A stretch of 64,000 nt of DNA. It comes from Bacteroidia bacterium (GTDB taxonomy: Bacteria > Bacteroidota > Bacteroidia > Chitinophagales > Chitinophagaceae). Where the stretch lies: the NCBI GenBank assembly GCA_037447355.1, contig JBBIGW010000001.1, positions 1,136-65,135 on the forward strand. Reading direction: 5' to 3'. The stretch's first letter is position 1. Every line of letters begins with the position of its first letter. A program made the translations under genes and the position numbers. A model generated the notes under the pieces. It saw only the letters and a list, made by a program, of their open reading frames with translations. It was not told the DNA's origin and ran no database searches. Below are positions 8,548 to 19,900 of the stretch, piece after piece.

Positions 8548-10113
8548 ATGGATCCGAATATATTATCCGTCGTCATTGGCGCAGGAGCCCTTATTTTGGG
8601 TATCCTGCTGGGTAAATTTTTATTTGCCAGGAATTCCCGCAAACAAATCGAGGAAGCAGAATTACAGTCACAAACCATCCTGAAAGAAGCCGAACTGAGG
8701 GCGGAGACCATCCGTAAGGAAAAGGAACTGGAAGCAAAGGAGAAATCCGTGCAGCTGAAAGCCGCGCACGACAAGGAAGTCTTTGAGAAGAACAAAAAGA
8801 TCAATGACGCGGAAAACCGTATCCGCCAGAAAGAGCAGACCATCAACCAGAAAGAAGGAAACATTGACAAGCAGCTCAAGGAAAATGAGGTGATCAAAGA
8901 AAACCTCAACCGCCAGATCGAACTGATCAATATCAAAAGAACGGAGCTGGAAAAACACCAGGAAGAGCATATACGCCGCCTTGAAAAAATTGCCGGTCTC
9001 TCTGCCGATGAGGCCCGGACTCAACTGGTCGAAAGCCTGAAACACGAGGCCCAGACCCAGGCCATGGCCCTGCAACAGGAGATCATCGAAGACGCCAAGC
9101 AAAAAGCCAATAAGGAAGCCCGTAAGATCATTATCCAGACCATCCAGCGGACTGCGGCGGAACAGGCTATTGAAAATTCCATTACTGTTTTCAACCTGGA
9201 AAGCGATGAGATCAAAGGACAGATCATCGGTCGTGAAGGACGAAATATCCGGGCCATCGAAGCCGCTACAGGGGTTGACCTGATCGTGGATGATACGCCT
9301 GAAGCCATTCTTTTATCCAGCTTTGACCCGCTCCGCCGGGAGATTGCCCGCCTGAGCCTGCAACGGCTGGTGGCAGATGGCCGTATCCACCCGGCCCGTA
9401 TCGAGGAGGTGGTGGAAAAAACCCGCAAGCAAATCGAAGAACAGGTCATGGAGATCGGGGAAAGAACCGTAATCGAACTCGGAATTCATGGACTTCATAA
9501 AGAACTGGTGCGGATGGTGGGAAGAATGCGTTTCCGTTCTTCCTACGGGCAAAACCTGCTGATGCACAGCCGCGAGACAGCCAATCTCTGTGCTACCATG
9601 GCCGCAGAACTGGGACTGAACCCCAAGCTGGCCAAAAGGGCTGGTCTTTTGCACGATATCGGGAAAGTGCCTGATGAGGAAAGTGAACTGAGCCACGCCC
9701 TGCTGGGTGCCAAGCTGGCTGAAAAATACGGGGAGAACCCGGCCGTAGTGAATGCGATCGGCGCTCACCACGATGAAATGGAAATGCAGTACGTGATCTC
9801 CCCCATTATCCAGGCCTGCGACGCGATCAGCGGTGCCCGGCCGGGTGCCCGTCGCGAGATCATGCAGCAGTACCTGCAGCGGATCAAGGACCTGGAAAAC
9901 CTGGCCATGGCTTATAACGGGGTGGAAAAAGCCTATGCTATCCAGGCCGGTCGTGAACTGAGGGTGATCGTGGAGGCCGATAAAGTAACCGACCAGGATT
10001 CTGACCGCCTTTCTTTTGAGATTGCCCAGAAAATCCAGACCGAAATGACCTTCCCCGGCCAGATTAAAGTAACTGTGATACGGGAAAAGAGGGCGGTGAA
10101 TGTAGCCCGTTAA
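8548..10113 (+). CDS. rny: Ribonuclease Y
   Basis: N-terminal TM helix, coiled coil, KH domain ([11 protein letters not shown]), HD domain (LLHDIGK), [11 protein letters not shown]. Confidence 0.98.
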   Translation: MDPNILSVVIGAGALILGILLGKFLFARNSRKQIEEAELQSQTILKEAELRAETIRKEKELEAKEKSVQLKAAHDKEVFEKNKKINDAENRIRQKEQTINQKEGNIDKQLKENEVIKENLNRQIELINIKRTELEKHQEEHIRRLEKIAGLSADEARTQLVESLKHEAQTQAMALQQEIIEDAKQKANKEARKIIIQTIQRTAAEQAIENSITVFNLESDEIKGQIIGREGRNIRAIEAATGVDLIVDDTPEAILLSSFDPLRREIARLSLQRLVADGRIHPARIEEVVEKTRKQIEEQVMEIGERTVIELGIHGLHKELVRMVGRMRFRSSYGQNLLMHSRETANLCATMAAELGLNPKLAKRAGLLHDIGKVPDEESELSHALLGAKLAEKYGENPAVVNAIGAHHDEMEMQYVISPIIQACDAISGARPGARREIMQQYLQRIKDLENLAMAYNGVEKAYAIQAGRELRVIVEADKVTDQDSDRLSFEIAQKIQTEMTFPGQIKVTVIREKRAVNVAR

Positions 10114-10114
10114 T

Positions 10115-10186
10115 GGGTTGAAAGTTAATAGGTTGATGGATTGATAAGTTCCTGTAGCAAACTGTCAGCTTATCAACAAATCAACC
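10115..10186. repeat. 8-bp-period RGTTGA array with inverted counter-arm (hairpin) after rny
   Basis: ggttgatggattgataag (10131-10148) pairs imperfectly with cttatcaacaaatcaacc (10169-10186). Confidence 0.75.
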
Positions 10187-10220
10187 GGATTTATTTTTTT
10201 TAACAACCGGGTCAAAGGGA

Positions 10221-10252
10221 TTTGGAAGTTCAGGCCCACAATCCTACCTTTG
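10221..10252 (+). promoter_or_regulatory. Bacteroidota housekeeping promoter for rplS
   Basis: TTTG (10221-10224), 20-nt spacer, TACCTTTG (10245-10252); matches the established -33/-7 consensus TTTG-N19-21-TAnnTTTG. Confidence 0.8.
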
Positions 10253-10274
10253 CCCTCCCTAAAAATCAGGAATT

Positions 10275-10643
10275 ATGAACGCTATCGCATACGTACACGA
10301 GCAGTTATCCGGCAAGAAAGAGTTTCCTGCTTTCAAACCCGGTGACAATATTACCGTGAATTACAAGATCATAGAAGGTAATAAGGAAAGGATCCAGTCT
10401 TTTAAAGGCGATGTGATCAAAAAGCAGGGCAACGGTCATACCGCCAGCTTTACCGTTCGTAAGATCTCTGACGGAGTGGGTGTGGAAAGGGTATTTCCCT
10501 TTTACTCTCCCAATATCGAGTCTATCGAAGTAAATAAAACCGGTCATGTTCGCCGTGCGAAGCTGTTTTACCAGCGTACCCGCAGCGGTAAGAGCGCAAG
10601 GATCCGTGAAAAGAGAATGGCCGTTGCTGAATCAGCAAAATAA
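10275..10643 (+). CDS. rplS: 50S ribosomal protein L19
   Basis: PAFKPGDNITVNYKIIEGNKERIQSF, FTVRKIS.GVGVERVFP, VRRAKLFY. Confidence 0.98.
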   Translation: MNAIAYVHEQLSGKKEFPAFKPGDNITVNYKIIEGNKERIQSFKGDVIKKQGNGHTASFTVRKISDGVGVERVFPFYSPNIESIEVNKTGHVRRAKLFYQRTRSGKSARIREKRMAVAESAK

Positions 10644-10659
10644 AAATATCCGGATATTG

Positions 10660-10695
10660 AAAAGGCTGTACCCGCACGGTACGGCCTTTTTTATT
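10660..10695 (+). terminator. Intrinsic terminator after rplS
   Basis: AAAAGGCTGTACC...GGTACGGCCTTTTTT. Confidence 0.75.
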
Positions 10696-10842
10696 TTGCC
10701 GGGGACCTATACAGTCATTCGTGCGAATCCGGGGGGATTACCCGTCCCGGGCCGGTACTTTTCCCGGGAGAACTATTTTCCCCAATTATTATTCCCCGTT
10801 TTTTAACTAGTTCCTATCTTTGATTTCTAATTCTGTCAGATT

Positions 10843-11052
10843 ATGATACAACCTACATTACTGGGTATGCTGGGCACCAACGAAATCATCATCATCCTGG
10901 TGATTGTCCTCCTTTTATTCGGAGGCAAAAAAATCCCCGAACTGATGCGCGGTCTCGGCAAAGGTGTACGTGAGTTCAATGATGCAAAAAGCAATGTGAA
11001 GCGGGAAATTGAAGAAAGCGCCACCGATGTGAAAAACTCTGTAAAGGAGTAA
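10843..11052 (+). CDS. tatA: Sec-independent translocase TatA/E subunit
   Basis: [32 protein letters not shown]; TATCTTTG -7 motif at 10815-10822. Confidence 0.95.
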   Translation: MIQPTLLGMLGTNEIIIILVIVLLLFGGKKIPELMRGLGKGVREFNDAKSNVKREIEESATDVKNSVKE

Positions 11053-11098
11053 TCTTTTTTCACCGGATACTTATTAACCTCTCAAAAAGCATTCGCTT

Positions 11099-12523
11099 TT
11101 GTTTCACTATTCTTCCATTGAGCAATATCATGCTCAATTACAGGATGCAACGATCAGTTGTGTTCAGGCAGTTGAGCATTACCTGCAGCAGATCGGTTTG
11201 TGCCGGCATTTAAATGCTTTTACCGAAGTATATGCGGAAGAAGCCCTGGCGAAAGCCCGGCTCCTTGACCAGCAGCGTGCCGCCGGTAAACCCATGGGCA
11301 AACTGCACGGGGTGGTTACCGGGATCAAAGATGTGATCTGTTATAAGGACCATCCCCTCACGGCCGCTTCGGGTATCCTGGAAAATTTTAATTCCATTTA
11401 CTCCGCCACCGCGGTGGAAAGGCTTTTGCAGGAAGAAGCGATCATTATCGGGAACCTGAACTGTGATGAATTTGCCATGGGATCCACCAATGAAAATTCG
11501 GTCTATGGCAAAGTGCTGAATGCCCGGGACGAAACCCGGGTTCCCGGCGGTTCCTCCGGGGGATCGGCGGTGGCAGTACAGGCTGGTCTTTGCATGGTTT
11601 CCCTGGGCAGCGATACCGGCGGATCCGTTCGCCAGCCGGCCGATTTCTGCGGCATCATCGGTCTAAAACCCACTTATGGCCGCATTTCCCGGTATGGGCT
11701 GATCGCTTATGCCTCCTCCTTTGACCAGATCGGTATCTTCGGAAATACCATTCCCGATGTAGCGCTTTTACTGGAGATCATGGCAGGAGCGGATGAATAT
11801 GACAGCACGGTTTCGCAACAACCCGTTCCGCCGTACAGCAGCTTGTTAAGCGGGAAAAAGAAATACCGGATCGCCTGGCTGGATGAAGCGCTGAATCATC
11901 CCAGCCTGGATCCCGAGATCGCCTCCGGGATCCGGAAGCAATTGGAACAACTGGAAGCAGCCGGTCATGAAGTAAAGGCTGAACGGTTTGATTTGTTCGA
12001 CTATATTGTACCCGCTTATTACGTCCTGACCACGGCCGAAGCTTCGTCCAATCTTTCCCGTTATGACGGGATTAAATTCGGCCACCGGGCAAAAACCGGG
12101 GATGCCGATCTGACCGGGCTTTATAAAATGTCGCGCAGTGAAGGATTTGGGAAAGAGGTCAAGCGCCGTATCATGCTGGGTACTTTTGTCCTGAGTGCCG
12201 GCTATTATGATGCGTATTTCACACGGGCCCAGCAGGTCCGGCAACTGCTCTGCAGCAAAATGAACGGGCTCTTTGAATCTTATGATTTTATTATCATGCC
12301 CACTTCCCCGGTAACTGCCTTTAAAGCCGGGGAAAAGATGGAGGACCCGATAGCCATGTATCTCGCTGATATTTACACGGTAATGGCCAATCTCGTGGGA
12401 TGCCCCGCTATTTCCCTTCCGCTTTTTACGCATAGCAATGGTATGCCCTTCGGCCTGCAGGTCATGGCAAACCGTTTTGATGAGGTATCTTTGCTCCGGT
12501 TTTCACATGAACTTCTCTCCTGA
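11099..12523 (+). CDS. gatA: Asp/Glu-tRNA amidotransferase subunit A
   Basis: Amidase signature GGSSGGSA, LGSDTGGSVRQPA, SSNLSRYDG, EVKRRIMLGTFVLSAGYYDAY. TTG start. Confidence 0.96.
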   Translation: MFHYSSIEQYHAQLQDATISCVQAVEHYLQQIGLCRHLNAFTEVYAEEALAKARLLDQQRAAGKPMGKLHGVVTGIKDVICYKDHPLTAASGILENFNSIYSATAVERLLQEEAIIIGNLNCDEFAMGSTNENSVYGKVLNARDETRVPGGSSGGSAVAVQAGLCMVSLGSDTGGSVRQPADFCGIIGLKPTYGRISRYGLIAYASSFDQIGIFGNTIPDVALLLEIMAGADEYDSTVSQQPVPPYSSLLSGKKKYRIAWLDEALNHPSLDPEIASGIRKQLEQLEAAGHEVKAERFDLFDYIVPAYYVLTTAEASSNLSRYDGIKFGHRAKTGDADLTGLYKMSRSEGFGKEVKRRIMLGTFVLSAGYYDAYFTRAQQVRQLLCSKMNGLFESYDFIIMPTSPVTAFKAGEKMEDPIAMYLADIYTVMANLVGCPAISLPLFTHSNGMPFGLQVMANRFDEVSLLRFSHELLS

Positions 12524-12562
12524 ACACCACATACACCCGGTAAACCCTTATCAGTACCGCAA

Positions 12563-13615
12563 GTGCATTTATTCCGCAACATATCAACTCTTTGCGCCAT
12601 AGCGCTGGTATGGGTTCCCGTAATCGTCAGGAGCCAGTCTCCGGCCGGCATACCCAATCCGTCAGCAACAGGAGCCTCCCGGCAGCAGGATACTTTGTCC
12701 CTTCCCGCTAATCCGACGGATGAACTCAAGGGATTTAAAAATCTCTTTGAAACATCAACCGTTGGCGGGGTTACCGGGACGAGGCTGAACCCGATGGCCA
12801 TCAGTTTTGTGGAGAGCTATATGCGGAAATATGGAAAGGGGCTGCGGGATATGAAAAAATGGGCCACTCCCTATTTTACCCTGATCGATAATATCCTGAC
12901 CCAGCATGGCCTGCCCAGGGAACTGAAATACCTGGCGGTCATTGAATCAGGACTCCGTTACAATGCCATTTCCTGGACCGGTGCCGTGGGGCCATGGGCT
13001 TTTATGCCTGCAGCCGGCCGCCAATACGGGCTGACTGTAACAAACGGTTATGACGAGCGGCTGGATTATTATAAAAGCACCCATGCCGCCGCAAGGATGC
13101 TCACCGATCTTTATTCAAAATACCAGGACTGGTTATTGGTGATCGCGGCCTATAACTGCGGAGCAGGCAACGTGGACAAAGCCATTAAGCGAAGCAGTAG
13201 CCGGGACTTCTGGAAGCTGCAGTATTTCCTTCCCACCGAATCCATGAACCATGTCAAAAAATTCATTTCCACCCATTATGTATTTGAAGGAGAGGGAGGC
13301 ATTACCACGGTGACCAAAGAAGAAACAAAGGAATTATTGCTGAACAAAGCAACCGCGCTGAATGAAGAAGAACTGAAGAACAGTACCACCCATAAAATCA
13401 CCGGCCGTTTTCATTCGGCCGTCATCCTGAAATACATTGAAATGGAACCGGCCAGTTTCAATAAATACAATCCCGGCTTTGATGATTCTATATCACTGAA
13501 CGGAACCTATGAACTCCGGCTTCCCATCGCGCAAATGAACCGGTTTATTGCCAAACGTTACGAGATCCTTGATGAAAGTATAAAGCGGATATTAAATCCT
13601 TCCGGTCAGCGCTGA
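12563..13615 (+). CDS. Lytic murein transglycosylase (SLT/MltD-like), exported
   Basis: YLAVIESGL, AVGPWAFMP, LVIAAYNCGAGNV; signal peptide; no clear LysM repeats. Confidence 0.9.
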   Translation: MHLFRNISTLCAIALVWVPVIVRSQSPAGIPNPSATGASRQQDTLSLPANPTDELKGFKNLFETSTVGGVTGTRLNPMAISFVESYMRKYGKGLRDMKKWATPYFTLIDNILTQHGLPRELKYLAVIESGLRYNAISWTGAVGPWAFMPAAGRQYGLTVTNGYDERLDYYKSTHAAARMLTDLYSKYQDWLLVIAAYNCGAGNVDKAIKRSSSRDFWKLQYFLPTESMNHVKKFISTHYVFEGEGGITTVTKEETKELLLNKATALNEEELKNSTTHKITGRFHSAVILKYIEMEPASFNKYNPGFDDSISLNGTYELRLPIAQMNRFIAKRYEILDESIKRILNPSGQR

Positions 13616-13619
13616 GGTT

Positions 13620-14921
13620 TTATTCTGTTGCACCCAGTACTTTTTTAATGGCGGCTACTTTTAGCAGGCATTCCTCCCATTCGGCTTCTGCCTGGCTGTA
13701 ATGGGTGATTGCTGAACCAGCTGGAACTGAAAGGTATTGGTTTGTGGCATTGTACAGGATACTCCGGATCACCACGTTAAAATCAAAATCCCCTTCGGGG
13801 TTGATATAGCCCAATGCTCCTGAAAAAATGCCCCGCCGGGTTTTTTCATACTGCTCAATCAGCTGCATCACACTTTTCTTGGGCGCTCCCGTCATGGAGC
13901 CCATGGGAAAAACAGCCCGGATGATATCAGAAAACAAGGTTCCCGCTTTTAATTCACCACTGACCGTGGAAATCATCTGGTACACCTGCGGAAAAGTATA
14001 GATTCCATACAACTCATCCACTTTTACACTGCCTTCCCTGCATACCCGTGACAGGTCGTTCCGTACCAGGTCGACCACCATTACATTCTCCGCCCGCTCT
14101 TTGGCACTCTGGTAAAGCCGCTGTTTGTTTTCCTGGTCTGCTTTTTCATCATTCCGGACACGGGGGGCCGTCCCCTTGATGGGCTGGGAAATAATTTTAT
14201 TGCCCGTTTTTTTGATAAACCGCTCCGGGCTGGCACAGATCAGCCATTTATCCTCTACCCGGTATAAAGCGGAAAAAGGGTTGGGGGATACCGCACTGAG
14301 TTTTTTATAGACCTGCAGGGGATCAATGACCGCCCCCTCCGCAAAAAATTCCTGGCAGAAATTGATCTCATAACAATCGCCCCGCAAAATATGCTGCTGC
14401 AGTTCCCGGATCACCGGGAGGTAGGTTCCCCTGGTAAAGCGGCTTTGCACCGTTAAGGGCCCCGTTGTATTTCCGGCCTGTTGCGGTTCCGGTTGTTCCC
14501 GTATGGCCCTGTAAACCGCTTCCGGGTCCGCGGCTTCAATCATCAGCTTATCAGCCGTTAAGCGGATCAGGATCTCCGGCTCAAAGAAAAAAAGGTCGGG
14601 AAATTGAATATGATCGGGGTGACCGGAGCATAAGGCTTCTGTTTCATTCTTGAGATCATACCCCAGGTGACCGAATATCCAGCTTTTTTTTTCATCGAGG
14701 AACGATTGCAGGCTTTGCAGCGCCTGGCCAGCTGGAAGCGACAATTGTCTTTTCACACCGGCTGCCAGCAGGCATTCCACCGCATGCGGTCCGGCGGGGT
14801 AGCGATGATTATCCAGAAAACAAAAAGTGCTGAAGGCCTGCGCCCAGTTCAGCACTTTTTCTTTTATCTGTTCAAAATCACTTACAGGATATACATCATG
14901 CCAAAGTTCAGATGGGTTCAA
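13620..14921 (-). CDS. pabB: Aminodeoxychorismate/anthranilate synthase component I family
   Basis: SPERF, SQPIKGT, KERAENVMVVDLVRNDL, FPMGSMTGAPK, RRGIFSGALG. Confidence 0.85.
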   Translation of the reverse strand: MNPSELWHDVYPVSDFEQIKEKVLNWAQAFSTFCFLDNHRYPAGPHAVECLLAAGVKRQLSLPAGQALQSLQSFLDEKKSWIFGHLGYDLKNETEALCSGHPDHIQFPDLFFFEPEILIRLTADKLMIEAADPEAVYRAIREQPEPQQAGNTTGPLTVQSRFTRGTYLPVIRELQQHILRGDCYEINFCQEFFAEGAVIDPLQVYKKLSAVSPNPFSALYRVEDKWLICASPERFIKKTGNKIISQPIKGTAPRVRNDEKADQENKQRLYQSAKERAENVMVVDLVRNDLSRVCREGSVKVDELYGIYTFPQVYQMISTVSGELKAGTLFSDIIRAVFPMGSMTGAPKKSVMQLIEQYEKTRRGIFSGALGYINPEGDFDFNVVIRSILYNATNQYLSVPAGSAITHYSQAEAEWEECLLKVAAIKKVLGATE

Positions 14922-14944
14922 TGGAGTTGATCGTAAGTGGACAG

Positions 14945-15376
14945 TTAATAATCATCATCCTCTTCATCATCATAATCCTTGTCGTCAAAGAGGTCTTTGA
15001 ATTCATCGTCTTCAAATTTGAAATCTTCCTCCTCCCCCTTTTTCCCGGGGACGGCAGGAGCTTTCTTTCCCTTTGATTTGGGAATATCGAATTCGTCGAA
15101 ATCAGGATCCCATTCTTCCTCTTCTTCGGGTTTATCCCAATCATCGGCCTCGTCCTCCAGGTCATCCTCCTCATCGTCGTCGTCTTCCTTTTTTGAGGGC
15201 ACGGCTTTACCACCTTTTTTTGAAGGCTTCACATCCTCCTCGTCATCAAAATCATCCTCATCCTCCTCTTCCTCCTTTTTGCTGGGTTTGGGTACGGCTT
15301 TTTTTGCCGCTTCCTTTTCAGCAGCAGCACCCGCCTTACCGGTGGTCTTTTTTTCCTTTACTGGTTTTATCGCCAT
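14945..15376 (-). CDS. Low-complexity Lys-rich/Asp-Glu-rich protein (143 aa), unknown function
   Basis: ATG after an A-rich leader; alternating K and D/E blocks; one aromatic motif WDPDFDEFDIPKSK; fills the gap between purA and pabB on the same strand. Confidence 0.8.
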   Translation of the reverse strand: MAIKPVKEKKTTGKAGAAAEKEAAKKAVPKPSKKEEEEDEDDFDDEEDVKPSKKGGKAVPSKKEDDDDEEDDLEDEADDWDKPEEEEEWDPDFDEFDIPKSKGKKAPAVPGKKGEEEDFKFEDDEFKDLFDDKDYDDEEDDDY

Positions 15377-15482
15377 AGTTTAACAGGATTAATATTGTAA
15401 AATTTCAGCGAAGTTTTTAATTCGCCAAATTTTTAAAAAAATTTTTTTTCAATGATCCGCGCCCGGTCCGCCGGCGCGGTTT

Positions 15483-16748
15483 TTATTTTACCTGTATGAG
15501 CTGGTCCCTACCCGGGCCATTGGAAATATAGTGAATATCCACGCCCAGGTATTCATTGATAAAACTAACGTAGGTTTTCATAGTTGCAGGTAATTCATCA
15601 ACTGTTTTGACCTGGCTTGTAGTGGTATTCCAGCCGGCAAATTTTTTATACAGCGGAACCGGTTTCCGGTGTCCCATCTGGAAAGGCACTTCCCGGCTTT
15701 CTTTTCCATCCACCTGGTAAGCCGTACAGACTTCCAGCTCGGCAAAAGCGTCCAGTACATCGGCTTTTGTCATGACAATTTTGGTCACCCCATTGATCAT
15801 ACAGGCAAAATTCAATGCCACCAGGTCAATCCAGCCGCAACGGCGTGGCCGGCCGGTGGTGGCGCCGAATTCATTCCCTGTCTTTCTTAATTCCTCACCG
15901 GTCTCATCCTCCAGTTCTGTAGGGAAGGGACCGCTGCCGACCCGGGTGCAATACGCCTTGGTCACCCCGATCACATCACCGATATGCTGCGGTGCCACAC
16001 CCAGCCCGTTGCAAACACCGGCTGAAATGGTATTGGAAGAAGTGACATAGGGGAATGTTCCGAAATCAATATCCAGCATACTGCCCTGTGCCCCTTCGGC
16101 GAGGATCCGCTTACCGGCTTTGATTTTGTTGTTGATGAAATATTCGCCATTTACAATATTGAGCTGCTTCAGGAATTCAAGCGCCTCAAAGAATTCCTCT
16201 TCCCAGGCCGTGATATCTTCCTGGAAATTGTAATTATCCAGCAGGCGCTGGTGTTTCATGCGCAGTTTAATATACTGCGTGGTGAAATTCTTGTCCAGCA
16301 GGTCGCCCACGCGCAGGCTGTTCCGGCCTGTTTTATCCATATAAGTAGGCCCGATCCCTTTCAGGGTGGAGCCGATCTTCTGGTTTCCTTTTGAAATTTC
16401 GGCGGCCTTATCCAGTGCCCGGTGAGTGGGCAGGATCAGGTGGGTGCGCTCCGCGATAAAAAGATTTTTCTTCAGGTCAATACCAAAGGAAGCCACGGTA
16501 TCACATTCTTTTTTCAGGGTAACCGGATCCAGCACCACCCCATTCCCGATGAAGTTGATGATTCCCGGGTGAAACACCCCGGAAGGGATCTGGTGGAGCA
16601 CTACTTTTTTATCCTGTACATACAAGGTGTGCCCGGCATTGGGACCACCCTGGAAACGGGCCACCACATCGTAGTCCTTCGCAAAAAAATCAACGATCTT
16701 TCCCTTTCCTTCATCGCCCCACTGGAGGCCTAGTATTACATCAACCAT
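15483..16748 (-). CDS. purA: Adenylosuccinate synthetase
   Basis: GLQWGDEGKGKIVD, RFQGGPNAGHT, EGAQG, DFGTFPYVTSS, EFGATTGRPRRCGW. TATTTTTG -7 motif on the minus strand at 16824-16831. Confidence 0.98.
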   Translation of the reverse strand: MVDVILGLQWGDEGKGKIVDFFAKDYDVVARFQGGPNAGHTLYVQDKKVVLHQIPSGVFHPGIINFIGNGVVLDPVTLKKECDTVASFGIDLKKNLFIAERTHLILPTHRALDKAAEISKGNQKIGSTLKGIGPTYMDKTGRNSLRVGDLLDKNFTTQYIKLRMKHQRLLDNYNFQEDITAWEEEFFEALEFLKQLNIVNGEYFINNKIKAGKRILAEGAQGSMLDIDFGTFPYVTSSNTISAGVCNGLGVAPQHIGDVIGVTKAYCTRVGSGPFPTELEDETGEELRKTGNEFGATTGRPRRCGWIDLVALNFACMINGVTKIVMTKADVLDAFAELEVCTAYQVDGKESREVPFQMGHRKPVPLYKKFAGWNTTTSQVKTVDELPATMKTYVSFINEYLGVDIHYISNGPGRDQLIQVK

Positions 16749-16935
16749 GAGTCAGTTATCTGTTATTTTTTAGCCGCTTTGAAATGGGCGGGCCTGCCCT
16801 CCCCTGCTGTAGCAATGGCTGGGCAAAAATACGGGTTCAACAAAAAGCCACCGAATTAAATCCGGTGGCCTTTCTATATATTTTATTCCCATTTCCCTAA
16901 AACATATCAACTGAGGGGAATTCGTTACCCATCCA

Positions 16936-19900
16936 TTACCTGATCAGCATCACGGTGCCCTTTTTTGTAACCAGCCTGTCATCTTTTGTCAGTCCTTCGA
17001 TCATCCAGACATAGACTCCGGAGCCCTGTTCCACGCCGCCAAAACGGCCGTCCCAGCCCTCATTCAGCTGGCGGGTGGAGAATACCAGCTGGCCCCAGCG
17101 GTTGAAGACCCGGAAATAGTTATAACTCTTCATGCCCACGGGGAAAGGGGTAAACCTGTCATTTTTGCCGTCATTATTGGGTGAAAAGCCGGTTGGCACA
17201 TAAATATCGGGGCCTTTGTAGATCCGTACTGTTATATATCCCTCCCCAATACAACCGGCAATCGTGGAGGCAAGCACCTGGTATTGCACATCCTGTCCGA
17301 TCGCGCCAACGGTCACTACCGGGTTGGGAATATTCAGGTTGCCGGTACCCACTGTTGAATTCGGGTTACTCAACCCGGTGACCGGGGTCCAGGCGTAATT
17401 GATCACATCACTGTCTGAGGGCACCGCCAGTAACTGGAATTTGTCACCGGGATAGCCGATGGTATCATAGGGATAGGTCTTCACTTTGATCGGGGGCGTT
17501 ACATCAATCCGCATATCATCCGTCACGAGGGACGCACAACCATTCGCATCAGATAATATGGAAACGGTGTAAACCACATCCTTGGCCGGGGTGGAAACCG
17601 GGTTCCCCACATTGGCATTATCCAGGTAAGTGGAGGGCGTCCAGGTATAGTTGGTACCTCCTGTTGCCTGCAGATGGTAACTCTGCCCGTAACAAATAAA
17701 GCCATCGGGACCGGCATCGGGTATGGGCGCTGCATTCACATTCACGATCACCGTATCCTCATGCACACAGCGGCCCAGGGTGGCGGTAACAATATATTGG
17801 GTGGTGATCACGGGATTGGCCACCGGGTTATAGATCGTGGTATCGCTGAGGGCCGTTGCCGGGGACCATCGGTATTGAGTGGCATTGGAGACCAGTTGCA
17901 GCTGAACGGATTTGCTCTCACAGATCGTGGGATCCGCCTGCGGGGTCATGGTCATATTATCGGTCAGTCCCACGATGGCGGGGAAACTGGTCGTACATCC
18001 CAGGTTATCTTTTACGGTAACAGTATAATTGCCCGGCGCCACATTGAATTGATTGGCGGCCTGGAAATTTGTTCCGTCAATGGAATAGGTATAATTGCTG
18101 TTGCCGCCATTGGCAGTAACCAGGATCACTCCATCAAGGCCGCCGTCGCAACTGGCATTGGAATTGGCGGAGTTCGCAGTGAGTGCCGCAGGTTCTGTAA
18201 CCGTGATATCGTAACTGCTGTTACAGTTATTGGCATCCCGGATACGAACGGTATAGGTGCCGGCAGGCACATTAAATATATTGCTGCCCTGCCAGAACAG
18301 TCCGTCAATCGAATATTGATAGGGTGCAATACCCCCCGTGCCGGTGGCGGTGATAATTCCATTTCCCTGGCCATTACAAACCACTGGGACCATGGCGGCC
18401 GTGGTAGTAAGTAAGGCCGGCTCGGAAACTGTTACAGGAATACTACCCTGGCAGCCGTCTCTTTCCCTGAACCAAACCGTATATAATCCGGCGGGGAGAC
18501 CAGTAAACACATTACCTGCCTGCCAGTTAACCCCATCGAGGGAATATTGGTACGGTGCATTCCCCGCCGCTGGCTGGTTTACGGTAATTGAACCGGTGGA
18601 GCCGCCATTACAAAGAGCATCTGAATGGATGGCAGTAGTAGCAAGGGGCGGGCCAAATCCAATTGTAACGGGAATAGCAGGAGTAAAACATCCAAAAGCA
18701 TCCTGTACTGTAACAGTATGGGCGCCTGCCGTTAAATTTGTAAACGTATAAGGTACAGATGAAATAACAGGTACTCCTCCGTCAAGTGTAAAAATAAAAG
18801 GAGCGGAACCGGTGGTGGGTGTTACCAGGATGGATCCGTTATTCGCCCCGTTACAAGAAGTAGATGTGGGTGTTACATCAGCCTGCATCTGGTTCAGGTT
18901 AACAGTAAATGTATCCAATGAAACCAACTGTGATGCAGAGCCATCACAGACCGAAAAGGTTGTTTTTACTACAAATTGTGTGGAGCTTGTGGAAACACAA
19001 ACATTGGGAAAATTGAGATCGAGCAGCCCTGCCGTTGTGGTGGCTGTATCCGCAGCAGCTACCAGTACGCCCCCCATAGTGTATAATTCGGAGGAGACAT
19101 ATCTCGAAGCGCCTGAAGACGGAATAAATTTATACCCGGTATTGTTCTCCGTCCATACTGCATTATTTTTCCCGACACCCCAGACAGCCTGGTTCTGATT
19201 CCAGTTCTGAATCCCCAGAATCCCTCTTCCGGCGTTTGTAGAAGAATTACAGGATTTCCGCTCAAAAAACATTTCAACAATACCTGTTGACTCATGAATC
19301 ACCATCTGAAATGTATTTGCCGGGGCCGGGCATGAACCGGAAGAAACACCAAATACACCTACATGATAATAACTGACTACAAATTTCCTGCATGGGGCAT
19401 TCCCAAAAACTTCCCATTGTATTTTCCTGTCACCAGCACTGGCTCCGATACGCGGGTCCAGATCTGAATAGGCGGCCATTATAGATGCCTTGGGATAATA
19501 AGTAGAGAAAGAACTACAAATGGATCCGCCAGAATAGGGAATAGATTGTGTTATTGGCCAGGCATTACTGCAACTTGCATTAGCCGGATCAAAAGTCATT
19601 ATTCCATTGGACCCAACAACGGTACTGTTATAGGTACTCCCATAAAAACAAAAAGGGAAGGGTAAACTGATCAGATAACTGTAAAAATCATCAGCGTAAA
19701 GTGCAGGATCTATCGAACCAGTTGCTGTATTATAAGGATAAGGGGTATATGGAACGGATACCAGAGTATAATCATTGGTGGATTTGATATGAGGTATCTG
19801 GAAACTCACCGGTGCACAAAGCTGGCCACATGACCGGTTGATTACAGCCCCGTTAATATTGGTAGGGATACAATTTTGCGCAGAAACAGTTTCCTCCAAA

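Noticed and set aside
14979-15383. Ser-rich 134-aa ORF on the plus strand
   Set aside because: Antisense shadow of the Asp/Glu/Lys-rich gene.
16791-16812. GGCCTGCCCTCC...GTAGC, reverse-complement match to the host hairpin arm, upstream of purA
   Set aside because: Only a 12-nt match with no second arm; may be chance or an unrecognisable remnant.
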